Virus record (IMG/VR): IMGVR_UViG_3300042261_001312
Span: 186,001 to 250,000 of that record
Direction: 5' to 3' (one strand)
DNA: 64,000 nt
The notes beneath the pieces were generated by a model. It was not told the origin of the DNA. It searched no databases and saw only the letters and a program-made list of their open reading frames with translations. Both the position numbers and the translations under genes were made by a program. This document shows, in pieces, positions 27,113-37,593 of the stretch. Within the stretch, counting starts at the first letter, position 1. Every line of letters starts with the position of its first letter.

Positions 27113-29694
27113 TGGAAGTAATCAAAAAAACTATATTACAAATAGTAACGACTGGAACTACAGGTGGCGATACTATTATTATTCCAGATTTGACCAAAGT
27201 CTATCATATGAAGATTGGGTTAATTGCTGAAGTAACTGATATTGGTTTTTTTGATGCATTTGGTGAATTTGTTCCAGTACCAACATCTACTACAACCACT
27301 ACAACAAGCACATCTACAACAACGACGTCTACAAGTACTTCCACTACAAGCACAACTAGTACGTCTACTAGTACATCCAGTACATCTACTACTTCAACAA
27401 GTACGTCTACAAGTACAACCAGTACTTCAACAACTAGTACAACAACTACGTTACCATATACTGGCTCATCAACAACGACAACAACTAGTACTTCAACCAC
27501 ATCAACATCAACAACTAGTACTTCAACCACATCAACATCAACAACAAGTACAAGTACGTCAACAACAAGTACCAGCACTTCAACGACTAGTACAACAACA
27601 TCATCACCCGATTGTTTATTTGGAAGTGGAACTGCTGAAGAATTAACAGCAGTGGTAATAAATGACCAAAGTTTTGATGTTTATGAAAATTCTCCAAATA
27701 GTACATTCATTGGTGATGTTATTTCGCCAGATGATCCTAATGTTACATATTCAATAATTGGTGGAAATACTGGCAATACGATGTCAATTGCTTCAAATAA
27801 TGGTGATTTAACTGTTGGCGATAATACGTTACTTGTATATGACACACACCCATTATTCTCATTGGATGTGAAAGTAACAAGCATTGCAGAACCATTATTA
27901 ACAGATACTGCAATAATAAGTGTTAACGTATTAAAAGTATGTACGGCAGCAACAACTTATGATTTAAGGTTTGTATCATCTTCAGGTGGTATTGGTGCAT
28001 TCAGTGTAGGAAAACTCACTGGAAATACATTAACAATTACTGATTATGTAATTGAATGGAGAAATGGTTCAAGAACAGGCGATGTAGTCTTTATTTCTGG
28101 TATGGGAACTGATGTCGCAATACAAGCACAACATCCATTTGTAAATGAACCAGTTGAGGGTGGTACATTATATCCAGTAATTAAATATGTAATAATTGGT
28201 GGTGTAACATATACTTCGATTAAAAATGTGCCAAATACATGCTATTCACCTGATCTTATAACATATATTAGTCCAATAGTGGTTCAAGCATATAATTGTA
28301 GCAACGGAACAACTGGCACATATTCACATATACTTACATATATTAATACATCAATGCCTGCAGACCAAGCCACACGTTCATTTAGATTTATTATTGGTAA
28401 TGATACGACAGAATTTGCGTTTATGTTTTATGGTTATAGTGTCGCTGACCGTATCACAATTAAACTTGTATCGAATGATGTAGAAACAACAATGGAAGAT
28501 TGGGTTGTTGGTGACGATAATATTGCCGATAATTTAACATCAATGCCTAGAATATATAAAAATCAATGGTATAGAGGTGTTATCGATTTAAAACAGCGCA
28601 CGTATGTTAGTGGTGATTATTTAAAAATTACGGTAGCACCAAGTTATAATGTACCATCACAAACAGATACTAACTGGCAATTGCAAATGAAATGTTTCAC
28701 AACTGCACTTCCTTTCAACTACGCACCCGCAAGTAATAGCGTTAATTATATTGATCCAAATTCATTTGTTGTAACTTGGAATAATGCAAATTGTGCATAC
28801 GATTTTGACTTTGTAACTGGTGCAGGACCTGCAAGCATATCAAGTACAAATGTTGGTACATATATGAGAGCATATTTTTATTGGTCAGTTAATTGGCAAT
28901 CAGCACAAAGAATATCAATACCGAGAAGCACATATGGCGGTTGGGGGTGGATTAAAGGCGGTTATACGTACACTACATTAAATGGGGTAATGACGATCAA
29001 GAAAGTCGGTTCAACATTAACATATAGTTTTACTAATGCAACTGACTACAATAATTATAAATCGGGATACAATACCACGATAGCAAATGCAAATTGGACG
29101 AATTATAGTACTGATACACAATCAGCCAATCATTATAAATTGTTTGAATTTGATCATAGGATTTCGATGACTGGTGGTGATACATATACTACAAAATACA
29201 TGTATTTTGGTCATGATTCAATATTTACTTTTGATGATATTAATTATAAAATAACGATTAATATGGCACAAATGCCTAATGAATATATTGACCAGACTTG
29301 TAGTAATGTATATGAAATAATAACGTCAGGACAAGGCACGGGAAGTCAATATGTATCAAATTTTATTGCAAGTGCTGATTTTGAAGTATCCACTATATTA
29401 GGAGAAGTTTCAAAATTTGATGCGAGATATTTATATACTGGTGTTTTGAATGCAACAACATACGATGTTGATTTACATCTAGAACTCCCATTCCCAGCAT
29501 TCTATGGAAACAATGCACCAAATTTATTACCGAATTGGTATCTTTATGGTAATGCATGGAAATTCCATAAATACTATTTAAGAATTGAAATAACAAATAA
29601 TTCAGACCCGATAAATAATTACAAAATTTACTCAAGACTAAATGCAAGTGGATATGACACTGGTGTATGGACGTTAATTAAATCAGTACCGTAA
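27112..29694 (+). CDS. virion-associated protein with mucin-like Thr/Ser stalk, cadherin-like domain and large distal domain
   Basis: ~108-aa T/S tract, then FDVYENSPNSTFIG...VTYSIIGGN...SIASNNGDLTV...FSLDVKVT...DTAIISVNV (cadherin pattern); located in the baseplate operon. Confidence 0.7.
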   Translation: MEVIKKTILQIVTTGTTGGDTIIIPDLTKVYHMKIGLIAEVTDIGFFDAFGEFVPVPTSTTTTTTSTSTTTTSTSTSTTSTTSTSTSTSSTSTTSTSTSTSTTSTSTTSTTTTLPYTGSSTTTTTSTSTTSTSTTSTSTTSTSTTSTSTSTTSTSTSTTSTTTSSPDCLFGSGTAEELTAVVINDQSFDVYENSPNSTFIGDVISPDDPNVTYSIIGGNTGNTMSIASNNGDLTVGDNTLLVYDTHPLFSLDVKVTSIAEPLLTDTAIISVNVLKVCTAATTYDLRFVSSSGGIGAFSVGKLTGNTLTITDYVIEWRNGSRTGDVVFISGMGTDVAIQAQHPFVNEPVEGGTLYPVIKYVIIGGVTYTSIKNVPNTCYSPDLITYISPIVVQAYNCSNGTTGTYSHILTYINTSMPADQATRSFRFIIGNDTTEFAFMFYGYSVADRITIKLVSNDVETTMEDWVVGDDNIADNLTSMPRIYKNQWYRGVIDLKQRTYVSGDYLKITVAPSYNVPSQTDTNWQLQMKCFTTALPFNYAPASNSVNYIDPNSFVVTWNNANCAYDFDFVTGAGPASISSTNVGTYMRAYFYWSVNWQSAQRISIPRSTYGGWGWIKGGYTYTTLNGVMTIKKVGSTLTYSFTNATDYNNYKSGYNTTIANANWTNYSTDTQSANHYKLFEFDHRISMTGGDTYTTKYMYFGHDSIFTFDDINYKITINMAQMPNEYIDQTCSNVYEIITSGQGTGSQYVSNFIASADFEVSTILGEVSKFDARYLYTGVLNATTYDVDLHLELPFPAFYGNNAPNLLPNWYLYGNAWKFHKYYLRIEITNNSDPINNYKIYSRLNASGYDTGVWTLIKSVP
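27283..27606 (+). repeat. Thr/Ser low-complexity coding tract 1
   Basis: About 108 codons, almost all ACN/TCN/AGY, interrupted once by LPYTG. Confidence 0.95.
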
Positions 29695-31163
29695 TGTTAA
29701 TAAAATTAAAATATAGTGGTCTAGGTGGCGATACAGGTCCTAATTTTTCGGTAACTCCCGATGTGGGTGTATCTGTTCCCGCAACTGTAACTAAAACAGA
29801 GTTACTTAATGGGGTTCTTGTGACTGTGGATGACTTAACTAATTCTATTACAATCACTTCCGAGGGTACATGTACTAATTCAAATGTTTTGAGTGTTATT
29901 CGTATAACAACCACAACCACGACAACAACTAGTACATCAACTACTTCAACGTCAACAACCAGTACATCTACGACAAGTACGTCAACCAGTACGTCTACAT
30001 CGACTAGTACCAGTACTTCAACAACTAGCACAAGTACATCTACATCGACTAGTACTTCAACAACTAGCACAAGTACTTCAACAACTAGCACAAGTACATC
30101 TACATCAACAAGTACCAGTACATCAACAACAAGTACTTCAACAACTAGCACAAGTACTTCTACAAGTACCAGTACGTCAACAAGTACTACTTCTACAACA
30201 AGTACTACAACAGCAGCACCACAAGATTATTATAGGTTGTATATGTGTCCGTCAAGTTCATATTATCAATCAGGACCGTACTCTCAAGGGACATATTCAA
30301 TAAATGATAGTTTTTATCTTGCGATAGGTGTTGATTTGTTTGCAACTTTTGTTATTGATGGTATTTCAAACTCAAGTTATGGATATACTAATATTCCAAG
30401 TTTAGGTACTCCAACTGGAACAGGATGCCCGGGTACAAGCACATCTACAACTACGTCAACCAGCACAAGTACTTCAACATCATCAACGAGCACAAGTACA
30501 TCTACATCGACTAGTACTTCAACAACTAGCACAAGTACTTCAACAAGTACAAGTACTTCAACAACTAGCACAAGTACTTCAACAAGTACAAGTACTTCAA
30601 CAACTAGCACAAGTACTTCAACAAGTACAAGTACTTCAACAACTAGCACAAGTACTTCAACTACTACTGCAAGTCCATCGCAAGTATATTTTTCATCAAA
30701 TGCATTAGCAATTAATAACAGTCAAGGTCAAACTTTCTCAATAACATTTGGTTATGATATTACTGCTTATTGTGATAATAATGGAACTAGTGGAGAAGAC
30801 CCAGTTCAAGCCACTACAACAATATCAGTTTCAACTAATGGTGGTGGTAGTTGGACTCAGATTGATAGTGTAACTGCTTCAGTATCTGGTGGTAATTATC
30901 CAGTCGAACAAAATGATACACAAAACGTAACTAATACTTATACAATTTATGGTATTACTGATGTTACACAAATACTCGTGACAGGTAGTTTCGATTGTTC
31001 TATTGGACTTAATACTCAGAATGGCTATATGACGGTTACAATAGATTCGGTAATGCCAGACTTTGGTATGACATCGATAATTTGTAATAATCAATATCTT
31101 GATGGATGTGGTGGTAGTAGTAATAATTGTACAATAGTTTCAACAACCACATCTTTTATGTAA
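29694..31163 (+). CDS. virion-associated protein with two mucin-like Thr/Ser tracts separating small beta-rich domains
   Basis: TAATG coupling; tracts at 29907-30212 and 30435-30668; Cys-containing beta-rich segments lie between them. Confidence 0.7.
   Translation: MLIKLKYSGLGGDTGPNFSVTPDVGVSVPATVTKTELLNGVLVTVDDLTNSITITSEGTCTNSNVLSVIRITTTTTTTTSTSTTSTSTTSTSTTSTSTSTSTSTSTSTSTTSTSTSTSTSTSTTSTSTSTTSTSTSTSTSTSTSTTSTSTTSTSTSTSTSTSTSTTSTTSTTTAAPQDYYRLYMCPSSSYYQSGPYSQGTYSINDSFYLAIGVDLFATFVIDGISNSSYGYTNIPSLGTPTGTGCPGTSTSTTTSTSTSTSTSSTSTSTSTSTSTSTTSTSTSTSTSTSTTSTSTSTSTSTSTTSTSTSTSTSTSTTSTSTSTTTASPSQVYFSSNALAINNSQGQTFSITFGYDITAYCDNNGTSGEDPVQATTTISVSTNGGGSWTQIDSVTASVSGGNYPVEQNDTQNVTNTYTIYGITDVTQILVTGSFDCSIGLNTQNGYMTVTIDSVMPDFGMTSIICNNQYLDGCGGSSNNCTIVSTTTSFM
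29907..30212 (+). repeat. Thr/Ser low-complexity coding tract 2
   Basis: 102 consecutive Thr/Ser codons. Confidence 0.95.
30435..30668 (+). repeat. Thr/Ser coding tract 3, containing three exact 39-bp tandem copies
   Basis: ACAAGTACTTCAACAAGTACAAGTACTTCAACAACTAGC at 30531, 30570 and 30609, plus a partial copy. Confidence 0.95.
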
Positions 31164-31184
31164 TATTTAATTTAAATTTGAAAA

Positions 31185-31631
31185 ATGGTAATAACGGGGA
31201 CATCAAGTAGCAGATTAAGTGAATTGCGTAAATACACTGTAACAAATGTATTTACGAAACAATATATCACTGGTGGCACTGTCAATATTGACGGTGTAGA
31301 CCTTTCTGTTTCTAATCCAGCAGATAAAATAGTTTATTATCTTGGTGGTATTAAATATATTGATATTATGTCGGGGGAAACTTCTGGGACAACATTGAAT
31401 ATTTATACACCACAAGGAACTGCTAGTGCAAATTTTATTAATGTACCATATTATAAAAATCCAAACAAAGAAAACATTATCAGCAACCCAAAAATTAATG
31501 ATGATGTATTTATATCAAGACAGGAATTATCCGCATTTGATAAAAATTACAGATTAGAATATATAAAAAATTTAAGTGATTTGGAAACATATGCAGGTGG
31601 TAATTATTTTAAAATAGTAAATAACTCATAA
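31185..31631 (+). CDS. putative structural protein
   Basis: 148-aa ORF (SSSRLSELRKY) in the baseplate operon. Confidence 0.65.
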   Translation: MVITGTSSSRLSELRKYTVTNVFTKQYITGGTVNIDGVDLSVSNPADKIVYYLGGIKYIDIMSGETSGTTLNIYTPQGTASANFINVPYYKNPNKENIISNPKINDDVFISRQELSAFDKNYRLEYIKNLSDLETYAGGNYFKIVNNS

Positions 31632-31632
31632 C

Positions 31633-32532
31633 ATGGCAATTGGAACAATAGGAATAACCAGACCTTCAGATGTTAATATCAGTGATATTGACATGTATTA
31701 CGATTATACCCCAAATAGACAAACACCTGCTGGTACAATTACCAAGGTCGATAATACCGCAGATTTTTTAGCACCCGTGCAATATGATGAAGGAATTGTA
31801 GGTTATACTGAAAATCTTTTGGAAGGTTTATATGATTTGAAATTACCTGCATCAATATTTAGTCAATTGGGAATATATACAATTTACTTAAAGCCTAAAT
31901 TAGTTCCCACAGTAATTGCTGATTGCAGTGTATTATCAGCATTGCCAACAATTAAAGGAATTGTTATCGACATGAATTCAATTCCAGAAGATTTAAGAGC
32001 CAATAACGCATTGCAGGGATATAGAATTGAATATGTTAATTCTGACGGGACTAAATTAAGAAATGTTGTTAGATACGTTGTTACATCAAATAAAGTATCT
32101 GCGATTAATGAAAATATTGGAAATACAACGCAAAAAGCAATTAGATATCGTTTTGATGATGCAGGTACATTAATTTTCTTACAAGTAACACCAAGTAGTT
32201 CTTCTGATGTAAAGGCAAATGCATTGCCATTTATTGGTAATATTGGACAAACAATATTAATGTCAAACACGTATTTTTCACCCGTAGTTGTTGAGGTTGA
32301 AATGGTTGAAAATACCATTGATACATTAACCAATTATGTTGCAGGTGAACAGATTAAGGATGTTCAAAATGGTATTTTAACATATTATGATGAAAATAGA
32401 GTAATTACAAGACAATTTAATTTATTTGAAATTAAAGATGATATAAGTAATGTTCCATTGTATGAAGTTAAGGAAAGAAGAACAAATATTGACGTTACAG
32501 AAAACTTTGATGATGTTACTGCTGGAATTTAA
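31633..32532 (+). CDS. putative baseplate/tail structural protein
   Basis: 299-aa beta-rich ORF; last gene before a strong terminator. Confidence 0.65.
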   Translation: MAIGTIGITRPSDVNISDIDMYYDYTPNRQTPAGTITKVDNTADFLAPVQYDEGIVGYTENLLEGLYDLKLPASIFSQLGIYTIYLKPKLVPTVIADCSVLSALPTIKGIVIDMNSIPEDLRANNALQGYRIEYVNSDGTKLRNVVRYVVTSNKVSAINENIGNTTQKAIRYRFDDAGTLIFLQVTPSSSSDVKANALPFIGNIGQTILMSNTYFSPVVVEVEMVENTIDTLTNYVAGEQIKDVQNGILTYYDENRVITRQFNLFEIKDDISNVPLYEVKERRTNIDVTENFDDVTAGI

Positions 32533-32553
32533 TTATTAATAACTCAAAATTAG

Positions 32554-32590
32554 GAAAAATCCCAATGCAACCCATTGGGATTTTTCTTTT
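32554..32590 (+). terminator. Rho-independent terminator
   Basis: 14-bp stem GAAAAATCCCAATG / CATTGGGATTTTTC, T-rich tail. Confidence 0.9.
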
Positions 32591-32594
32591 TATC

Positions 32595-32603
32595 GTATTT
32601 ATA
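32595..32603 (+). promoter_or_regulatory. GTATTTATA putative late promoter
   Basis: 25 nt before GTG 32620. Confidence 0.75.
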
Positions 32604-32619
32604 GTAAAATGTAAAGTTT

Positions 32620-35600
32620 GTGGCAAAAGTAAAAGTAGTAAATAATAATCTTGACCAGAATTTAAATGGTAATTATTTTAACAATACTGCATCCGAAACA
32701 ATATTTTCGTTTGGCAGTTTCAGAGTAACATCAAATTTTGATGGTAGAAAGTATATTGATTATACTAATACTTTGAGTTCATTTGTGCGTCCAGTAACAT
32801 TAGAAACAATAGGCATTTCAGATACTCAATCAAGCATTATTTATCAGTATGCAACAAATGCTGTTTTAAATTTAGATAAAACTGATTTAAACACATTTAT
32901 TAGATTTGGTTCGGCGTATGAATTTTTGAGAGTATCTGTTCAAAATATTATTACTTCGTACCCGGGTAGTTTGTTCGTAAACTCCCAAATATCCAGAGGT
33001 GGGAATATCACATACACTAATTATTCATATGATTGGTCAACCAATACTTCAACATTTAGAGTACCTGTAAACTGTATTGTAAATACATTTAGTTTGGTTT
33101 ATAATTATGGCAATACCAGTTTGCCAAATGACGAAGAATTAAAAAATCTTAATCTATCATACAGCAAATATGTTGTTTGGTCTTCATTATATCCCGACAA
33201 CAATACATTTAATATTGTAGGATTTACTGGAAATACAACAGGACGTAATTATTTAATGCTTAAAGTAAATGGAAATCCATTTGCCAAGGTTGCCGAAGTT
33301 AGTGGAAGTACCGCTTCTGTTCTTGATTTTCATATTAAACCAAATAGTTTTGTTTTTGAAGAATTTAGGTCATTATTGAATGAATATGAGAAATACATAA
33401 TTTCTAATAGAGAAAGTACCAATGGATTTAAATTCACACTTAAAGACCCGACATTATTAGATGACGGTAGTATAATTTATGTAGATACCACATTATTATG
33501 GACAACTAGCGATTATTATAACATTGATATTAATACACCAAGTTATCAAAGATTTTTAGAGTCTTTATTAACCATTGGTGCTAAATATGATAAAATAAAA
33601 ACCGATTTAATTGCAAGATTTTTAACACCTGCTTCAATGAAGGCATATGACCTCACAGAAGAAGGAAAAATGACTAAATTGTTGAGAATTTACGGTAGAG
33701 AATTCGATCAAATACGAGAATTTATTGATTCTCTGGTGTATATTAATACAGTAACGTATAACAAGATCAATAATATTCCAGACCAGTTAATTAAAAATAT
33801 GTCAAACACGTTTGGGTGGGACTATTTCTCATTAGTTAACGAAATGGAATTGGTTAATAGTTTCTTAACTGTTGACGAAAACGAGAGAAATCTAACAACA
33901 GATTTACTTCCTGCGGAAATTAATATTGAACTTTGGCGAAGAATATTAATGAATACTGGTTACTTTTGGAAATCAAAAGGAACTAGGGACGCAATTAAAT
34001 CAATGTTTCTTTTAATTGGCATACCCGAACCATTTATTAATATCACAGAATACGTATATACCGTTGATGGTAAAATTAATCCAAATACTGTTGAATTATC
34101 AATCAATGACTTCCCAACAAATTCATTTTCATACGACGGTGACGGATATCCCAAAGCACCATTAGAAACAAGTGAATTCTTTTTTCAAATATCTGGCGAC
34201 ACTGATAGTGGTCAAGCATATTTGGATGTATTCCGCATGGCAGGATTTAATTTAACAAGAACTGTTGATAACAAAAAATCATGGAATCTTAGCGGTGCAA
34301 CGTATAGAATTGACGATACAACCCCAATTTATTATCAAGATGATAGTAGATTGGTAATCAATACAAAAGAAGTTGATGTTTCACTCGATACTTCAAGAGG
34401 AATTGAATATGATGTATATGATTACATTAAGAAAGATTTTGCAATTAATTCAAGTGGATATACATTACCATATTCATATGTGAATATATCTTTAGGTGTA
34501 ACTGGTTCACAAAACACATTCCCACTTCCAGCAACATACACGTCAAATAAAGTTTTGGGTGATTTGGAAGTTCGTTTTAACGGAATATTATTAAATGCAC
34601 CAAAAACTGGAACAACTACTGGTATTACATATCAGGCAGACTATAGTATTAACGAAGTTACAAAAACATTTACAATATTAAATGGAAATTTCGCAGAAAA
34701 TTCAACCAGAAGAAGAGACGTAATTCAAGCAACATTCATTTATAGTGGTGGAACACATTCAATTAGTGGGGTTACGGTTGATTATGTTGTGACAAGAGTA
34801 AAAGCAAACCCAACTGGAACTGCAATTCCATTACCATCATATCCACGTGGGGATGTTCAGGTGACAATTAACGGTATTGCACTTACTAAAGGCACGCCTC
34901 AATTCATTGGTGATTATATTATCGACCCAAATAATACATCAAGTTCTAGTCAAATTATTATTCAAAATCCTGAAGTCATATCGTATTTGCAGGCAAATCC
35001 TGATATACAAGTAGCATATGTTGAAGTAGATGGTAGTGATGATATTTCTGCCAGAAGCGAAATTCATAGAATTGATAGTTTTAATAGCAGTAAATTATAT
35101 TACAATAGTCTAGCAAGTAAATATGTTTATAAACTTAATTATAAGGCAAATAACACCACTGATATTAAAATTTTAGTTGACGGTATTGCATTAGAACCTA
35201 ATAAGGATTATACAATAAATGCATTGAATCCATATGAAATATTTTTGCCAAATGGTCTTAGATATGGTATGGTTATAAGCGTATACTATCTTGTTGGTGG
35301 AAATGCGCTTTTTAATCCAGTAATTTCTGATGTGTTTGGTGTGGGTGATATCAGTCAACTATCTTTCCTTGAATTCATTGATTTGATTCAAAAACGAATG
35401 GTAAATGCTAGAAATAGAAAGACTATCAGTGATTTTAAAGGTGGCTGGTATCCTGCATTGTTAAAGATTTATGTTGAATATTTAAAAAGAGCGAATCTTC
35501 CAGATGATAATCCATTAAAATCTAATGGTTATACGTTTCATAACTTATATTCGTTTTTAAGTAAATATAATGCATTTTTCCAAAGATTTGTGGATCAATT

Positions 35601-36996
35601 ATTACCAGCAACAATTATTTTAAGAAGAGGTGGATTATTGGTTAGAAATAGTGTGTTTACTAAACAAAAATTCATGTATAGAAGAGGGGTTAACATATAT
35701 TCTGGTTCATCAACAACCACAGATATGAGAGGTAACCCAATTCTTCAATATTATGGTAGTGATGGTGCAAAATTTATGATTGCCCAAACAATACCTGCTC
35801 CACCACCACCTCCGCCAATATTATTTGTAGAAACAATGTCAGGTGTAACAATAAGTGGTTTGCCAGTTACTGGATTCTATAGTGGTGGCAAAAATATTCA
35901 GGGATATGATGTTCTTACTGAATATGGTATACTATATAGAGAATTAAATGGTGTTTGGAAAAAAGTGTCACAATATGGTTCATTGGCTGTCGATAATTAT
36001 TCTTTAGTTATTACAGGCTTAACAGTTGGTACTCAATATGAATATAGAGCATATATTAAATCAGGTATTTATGAATATTTTGGTAATAGTATGACTATAA
36101 CAATACCAGTACCATTGGCAACGCCATACATTGAAACAAAAATAGGGACAACAGGTGTGAATACGATTAATAATACTGGTGGTATGAATATAATTCGTTA
36201 TGGAGATGCAGAATATTATGGTATGCAATATAGAGAATTGGGCGCAAGTACGGCAGATATTTGCATTAGTCCAACACTATTGAATTTAAGTAATTCAAGT
36301 AGTGTTAACAATATCAGTGTCACTGGTGATACATGGAATACATATACAACATGCATAAATCCATTATATAGTTGGATAACTGCTGCTTCACCAATACCAC
36401 CGTCACCAACTGGAACAATTAATCAACTTACCGTTGCAGCAAATTCTGGTGATGCAAGAATTGGTGTTGTATGTTATGTGCCGCTTTATGGTACAACTAA
36501 ACAAGTTGTTATTAATCAAGCAACTGGATTATCACCACAAAACATTGTAGAAATGAAATGTTGTACTGGAGGATTCGCATATCAATTAAGTGGATTGAGT
36601 TGTGGTAGGGTAGATTCATTTACACCTGTGGCTTATAATGAATGTTATTCAACGACACTTTATTGGTATGCAAGTCACCCTGCAGCGGGAATCGCATTAA
36701 TGAGTTGTTTGGATGTTTATTGCAATGGCAATTCAATATACTCATGTATGTTTAGTTCTAAATTGGCTAAGACCTGCAGTGGCACATGGGGTCCAATCCT
36801 TGTTAAATACGGTGATGATATAGGTGTTAGGGTATATACTGATGCACAATCTATTACAGGAGCACCAAGTATTGCAGCGATAACAATTCAAAGCGTTACA
36901 AACGGTGTGGGTAATTTTGTTAAAGGTACTACACCAACATATATGTTGACACTAAAAGCACAAACTGATAGTACAGTAGTGCCACCAGAATTATAA
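32620..36996 (+). CDS. large baseplate wedge protein (T4 gp7/P2 gpI-like module) with C-terminal FN3-like and Cys-rich domains
   Basis: LRIYGREFD...IPDQLIKNMSNTFGW...WRRILMNTGYFWKSKGTRDAIK (gpI/gp7-type); FN3-like ITGLTVGTQYEYRAYI; polyproline hinge PAPPPPPP. Confidence 0.7.
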   Translation: MAKVKVVNNNLDQNLNGNYFNNTASETIFSFGSFRVTSNFDGRKYIDYTNTLSSFVRPVTLETIGISDTQSSIIYQYATNAVLNLDKTDLNTFIRFGSAYEFLRVSVQNIITSYPGSLFVNSQISRGGNITYTNYSYDWSTNTSTFRVPVNCIVNTFSLVYNYGNTSLPNDEELKNLNLSYSKYVVWSSLYPDNNTFNIVGFTGNTTGRNYLMLKVNGNPFAKVAEVSGSTASVLDFHIKPNSFVFEEFRSLLNEYEKYIISNRESTNGFKFTLKDPTLLDDGSIIYVDTTLLWTTSDYYNIDINTPSYQRFLESLLTIGAKYDKIKTDLIARFLTPASMKAYDLTEEGKMTKLLRIYGREFDQIREFIDSLVYINTVTYNKINNIPDQLIKNMSNTFGWDYFSLVNEMELVNSFLTVDENERNLTTDLLPAEINIELWRRILMNTGYFWKSKGTRDAIKSMFLLIGIPEPFINITEYVYTVDGKINPNTVELSINDFPTNSFSYDGDGYPKAPLETSEFFFQISGDTDSGQAYLDVFRMAGFNLTRTVDNKKSWNLSGATYRIDDTTPIYYQDDSRLVINTKEVDVSLDTSRGIEYDVYDYIKKDFAINSSGYTLPYSYVNISLGVTGSQNTFPLPATYTSNKVLGDLEVRFNGILLNAPKTGTTTGITYQADYSINEVTKTFTILNGNFAENSTRRRDVIQATFIYSGGTHSISGVTVDYVVTRVKANPTGTAIPLPSYPRGDVQVTINGIALTKGTPQFIGDYIIDPNNTSSSSQIIIQNPEVISYLQANPDIQVAYVEVDGSDDISARSEIHRIDSFNSSKLYYNSLASKYVYKLNYKANNTTDIKILVDGIALEPNKDYTINALNPYEIFLPNGLRYGMVISVYYLVGGNALFNPVISDVFGVGDISQLSFLEFIDLIQKRMVNARNRKTISDFKGGWYPALLKIYVEYLKRANLPDDNPLKSNGYTFHNLYSFLSKYNAFFQRFVDQLLPATIILRRGGLLVRNSVFTKQKFMYRRGVNIYSGSSTTTDMRGNPILQYYGSDGAKFMIAQTIPAPPPPPPILFVETMSGVTISGLPVTGFYSGGKNIQGYDVLTEYGILYRELNGVWKKVSQYGSLAVDNYSLVITGLTVGTQYEYRAYIKSGIYEYFGNSMTITIPVPLATPYIETKIGTTGVNTINNTGGMNIIRYGDAEYYGMQYRELGASTADICISPTLLNLSNSSSVNNISVTGDTWNTYTTCINPLYSWITAASPIPPSPTGTINQLTVAANSGDARIGVVCYVPLYGTTKQVVINQATGLSPQNIVEMKCCTGGFAYQLSGLSCGRVDSFTPVAYNECYSTTLYWYASHPAAGIALMSCLDVYCNGNSIYSCMFSSKLAKTCSGTWGPILVKYGDDIGVRVYTDAQSITGAPSIAAITIQSVTNGVGNFVKGTTPTYMLTLKAQTDSTVVPPEL

Positions 36997-37021
36997 TAAT
37001 AAAATTTTAAAATGATTTAAT

Positions 37022-37552
37022 ATGCCAACTTGGACAGAAGCAAAACCTATAAACGTTGGAGCAATTCCTGCCGATAATTATAATTATACAATTACTGGAA
37101 TGTCTGCTTCCACCATATATGAATATCGTGCATATATGGTGGTCGATGGTGTGCCTTATTATGGCAATACACGATCAACAATAACATTACCAATTCCAAC
37201 AGCACCACCAGCATTAGTAACTGGAGTTGCATATGATATAAACTATAATTCTATGGGTATTTGTAATAATTATTTAACGGATAAAGGTAATTTATGTGTT
37301 TGTGAATATGGTGTACTGTACACACAGTCAAATAGTTATGTCACAGAAGCCAACATGATTTATGAAAACGCAAATATTTGTAAACAATCTATCTGCTCTG
37401 ATATTGCAATTAGCGTTAATTATTTTACTGGTGCTGGAAATTTATTAACTGGTTTGTCACCCAATACTCAAACATTTTACAGGGCATTTGCAAAGAATAG
37501 TGCTGGTACTGGATATGGGACAATTCTTTCTCAATTAACACCTTTACCATAA
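37022..37552 (+). CDS. FN3-like repeat virion accessory protein
   Basis: TGMSASTIYEYRAYM and TGLSPNTQTFYRAFAKNSAGTGYG are FN3 terminal-strand patterns. Confidence 0.7.
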   Translation: MPTWTEAKPINVGAIPADNYNYTITGMSASTIYEYRAYMVVDGVPYYGNTRSTITLPIPTAPPALVTGVAYDINYNSMGICNNYLTDKGNLCVCEYGVLYTQSNSYVTEANMIYENANICKQSICSDIAISVNYFTGAGNLLTGLSPNTQTFYRAFAKNSAGTGYGTILSQLTPLP

Positions 37553-37568
37553 AAAAAGAATAAGTTGA

Positions 37569-37576
37569 GTATTTAT
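37569..37576 (+). promoter_or_regulatory. GTATTTAT putative late promoter
   Basis: 25 nt before GTG 37594. Confidence 0.7.
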
Positions 37577-37593
37577 GTTTAAATTGTTGAAAA

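Noticed and set aside
29907-30668. Short direct repeats suggesting a CRISPR array or origin iterons
   Set aside because: The repeats are in frame within a CDS, have no unique spacers, and no cas genes are present.
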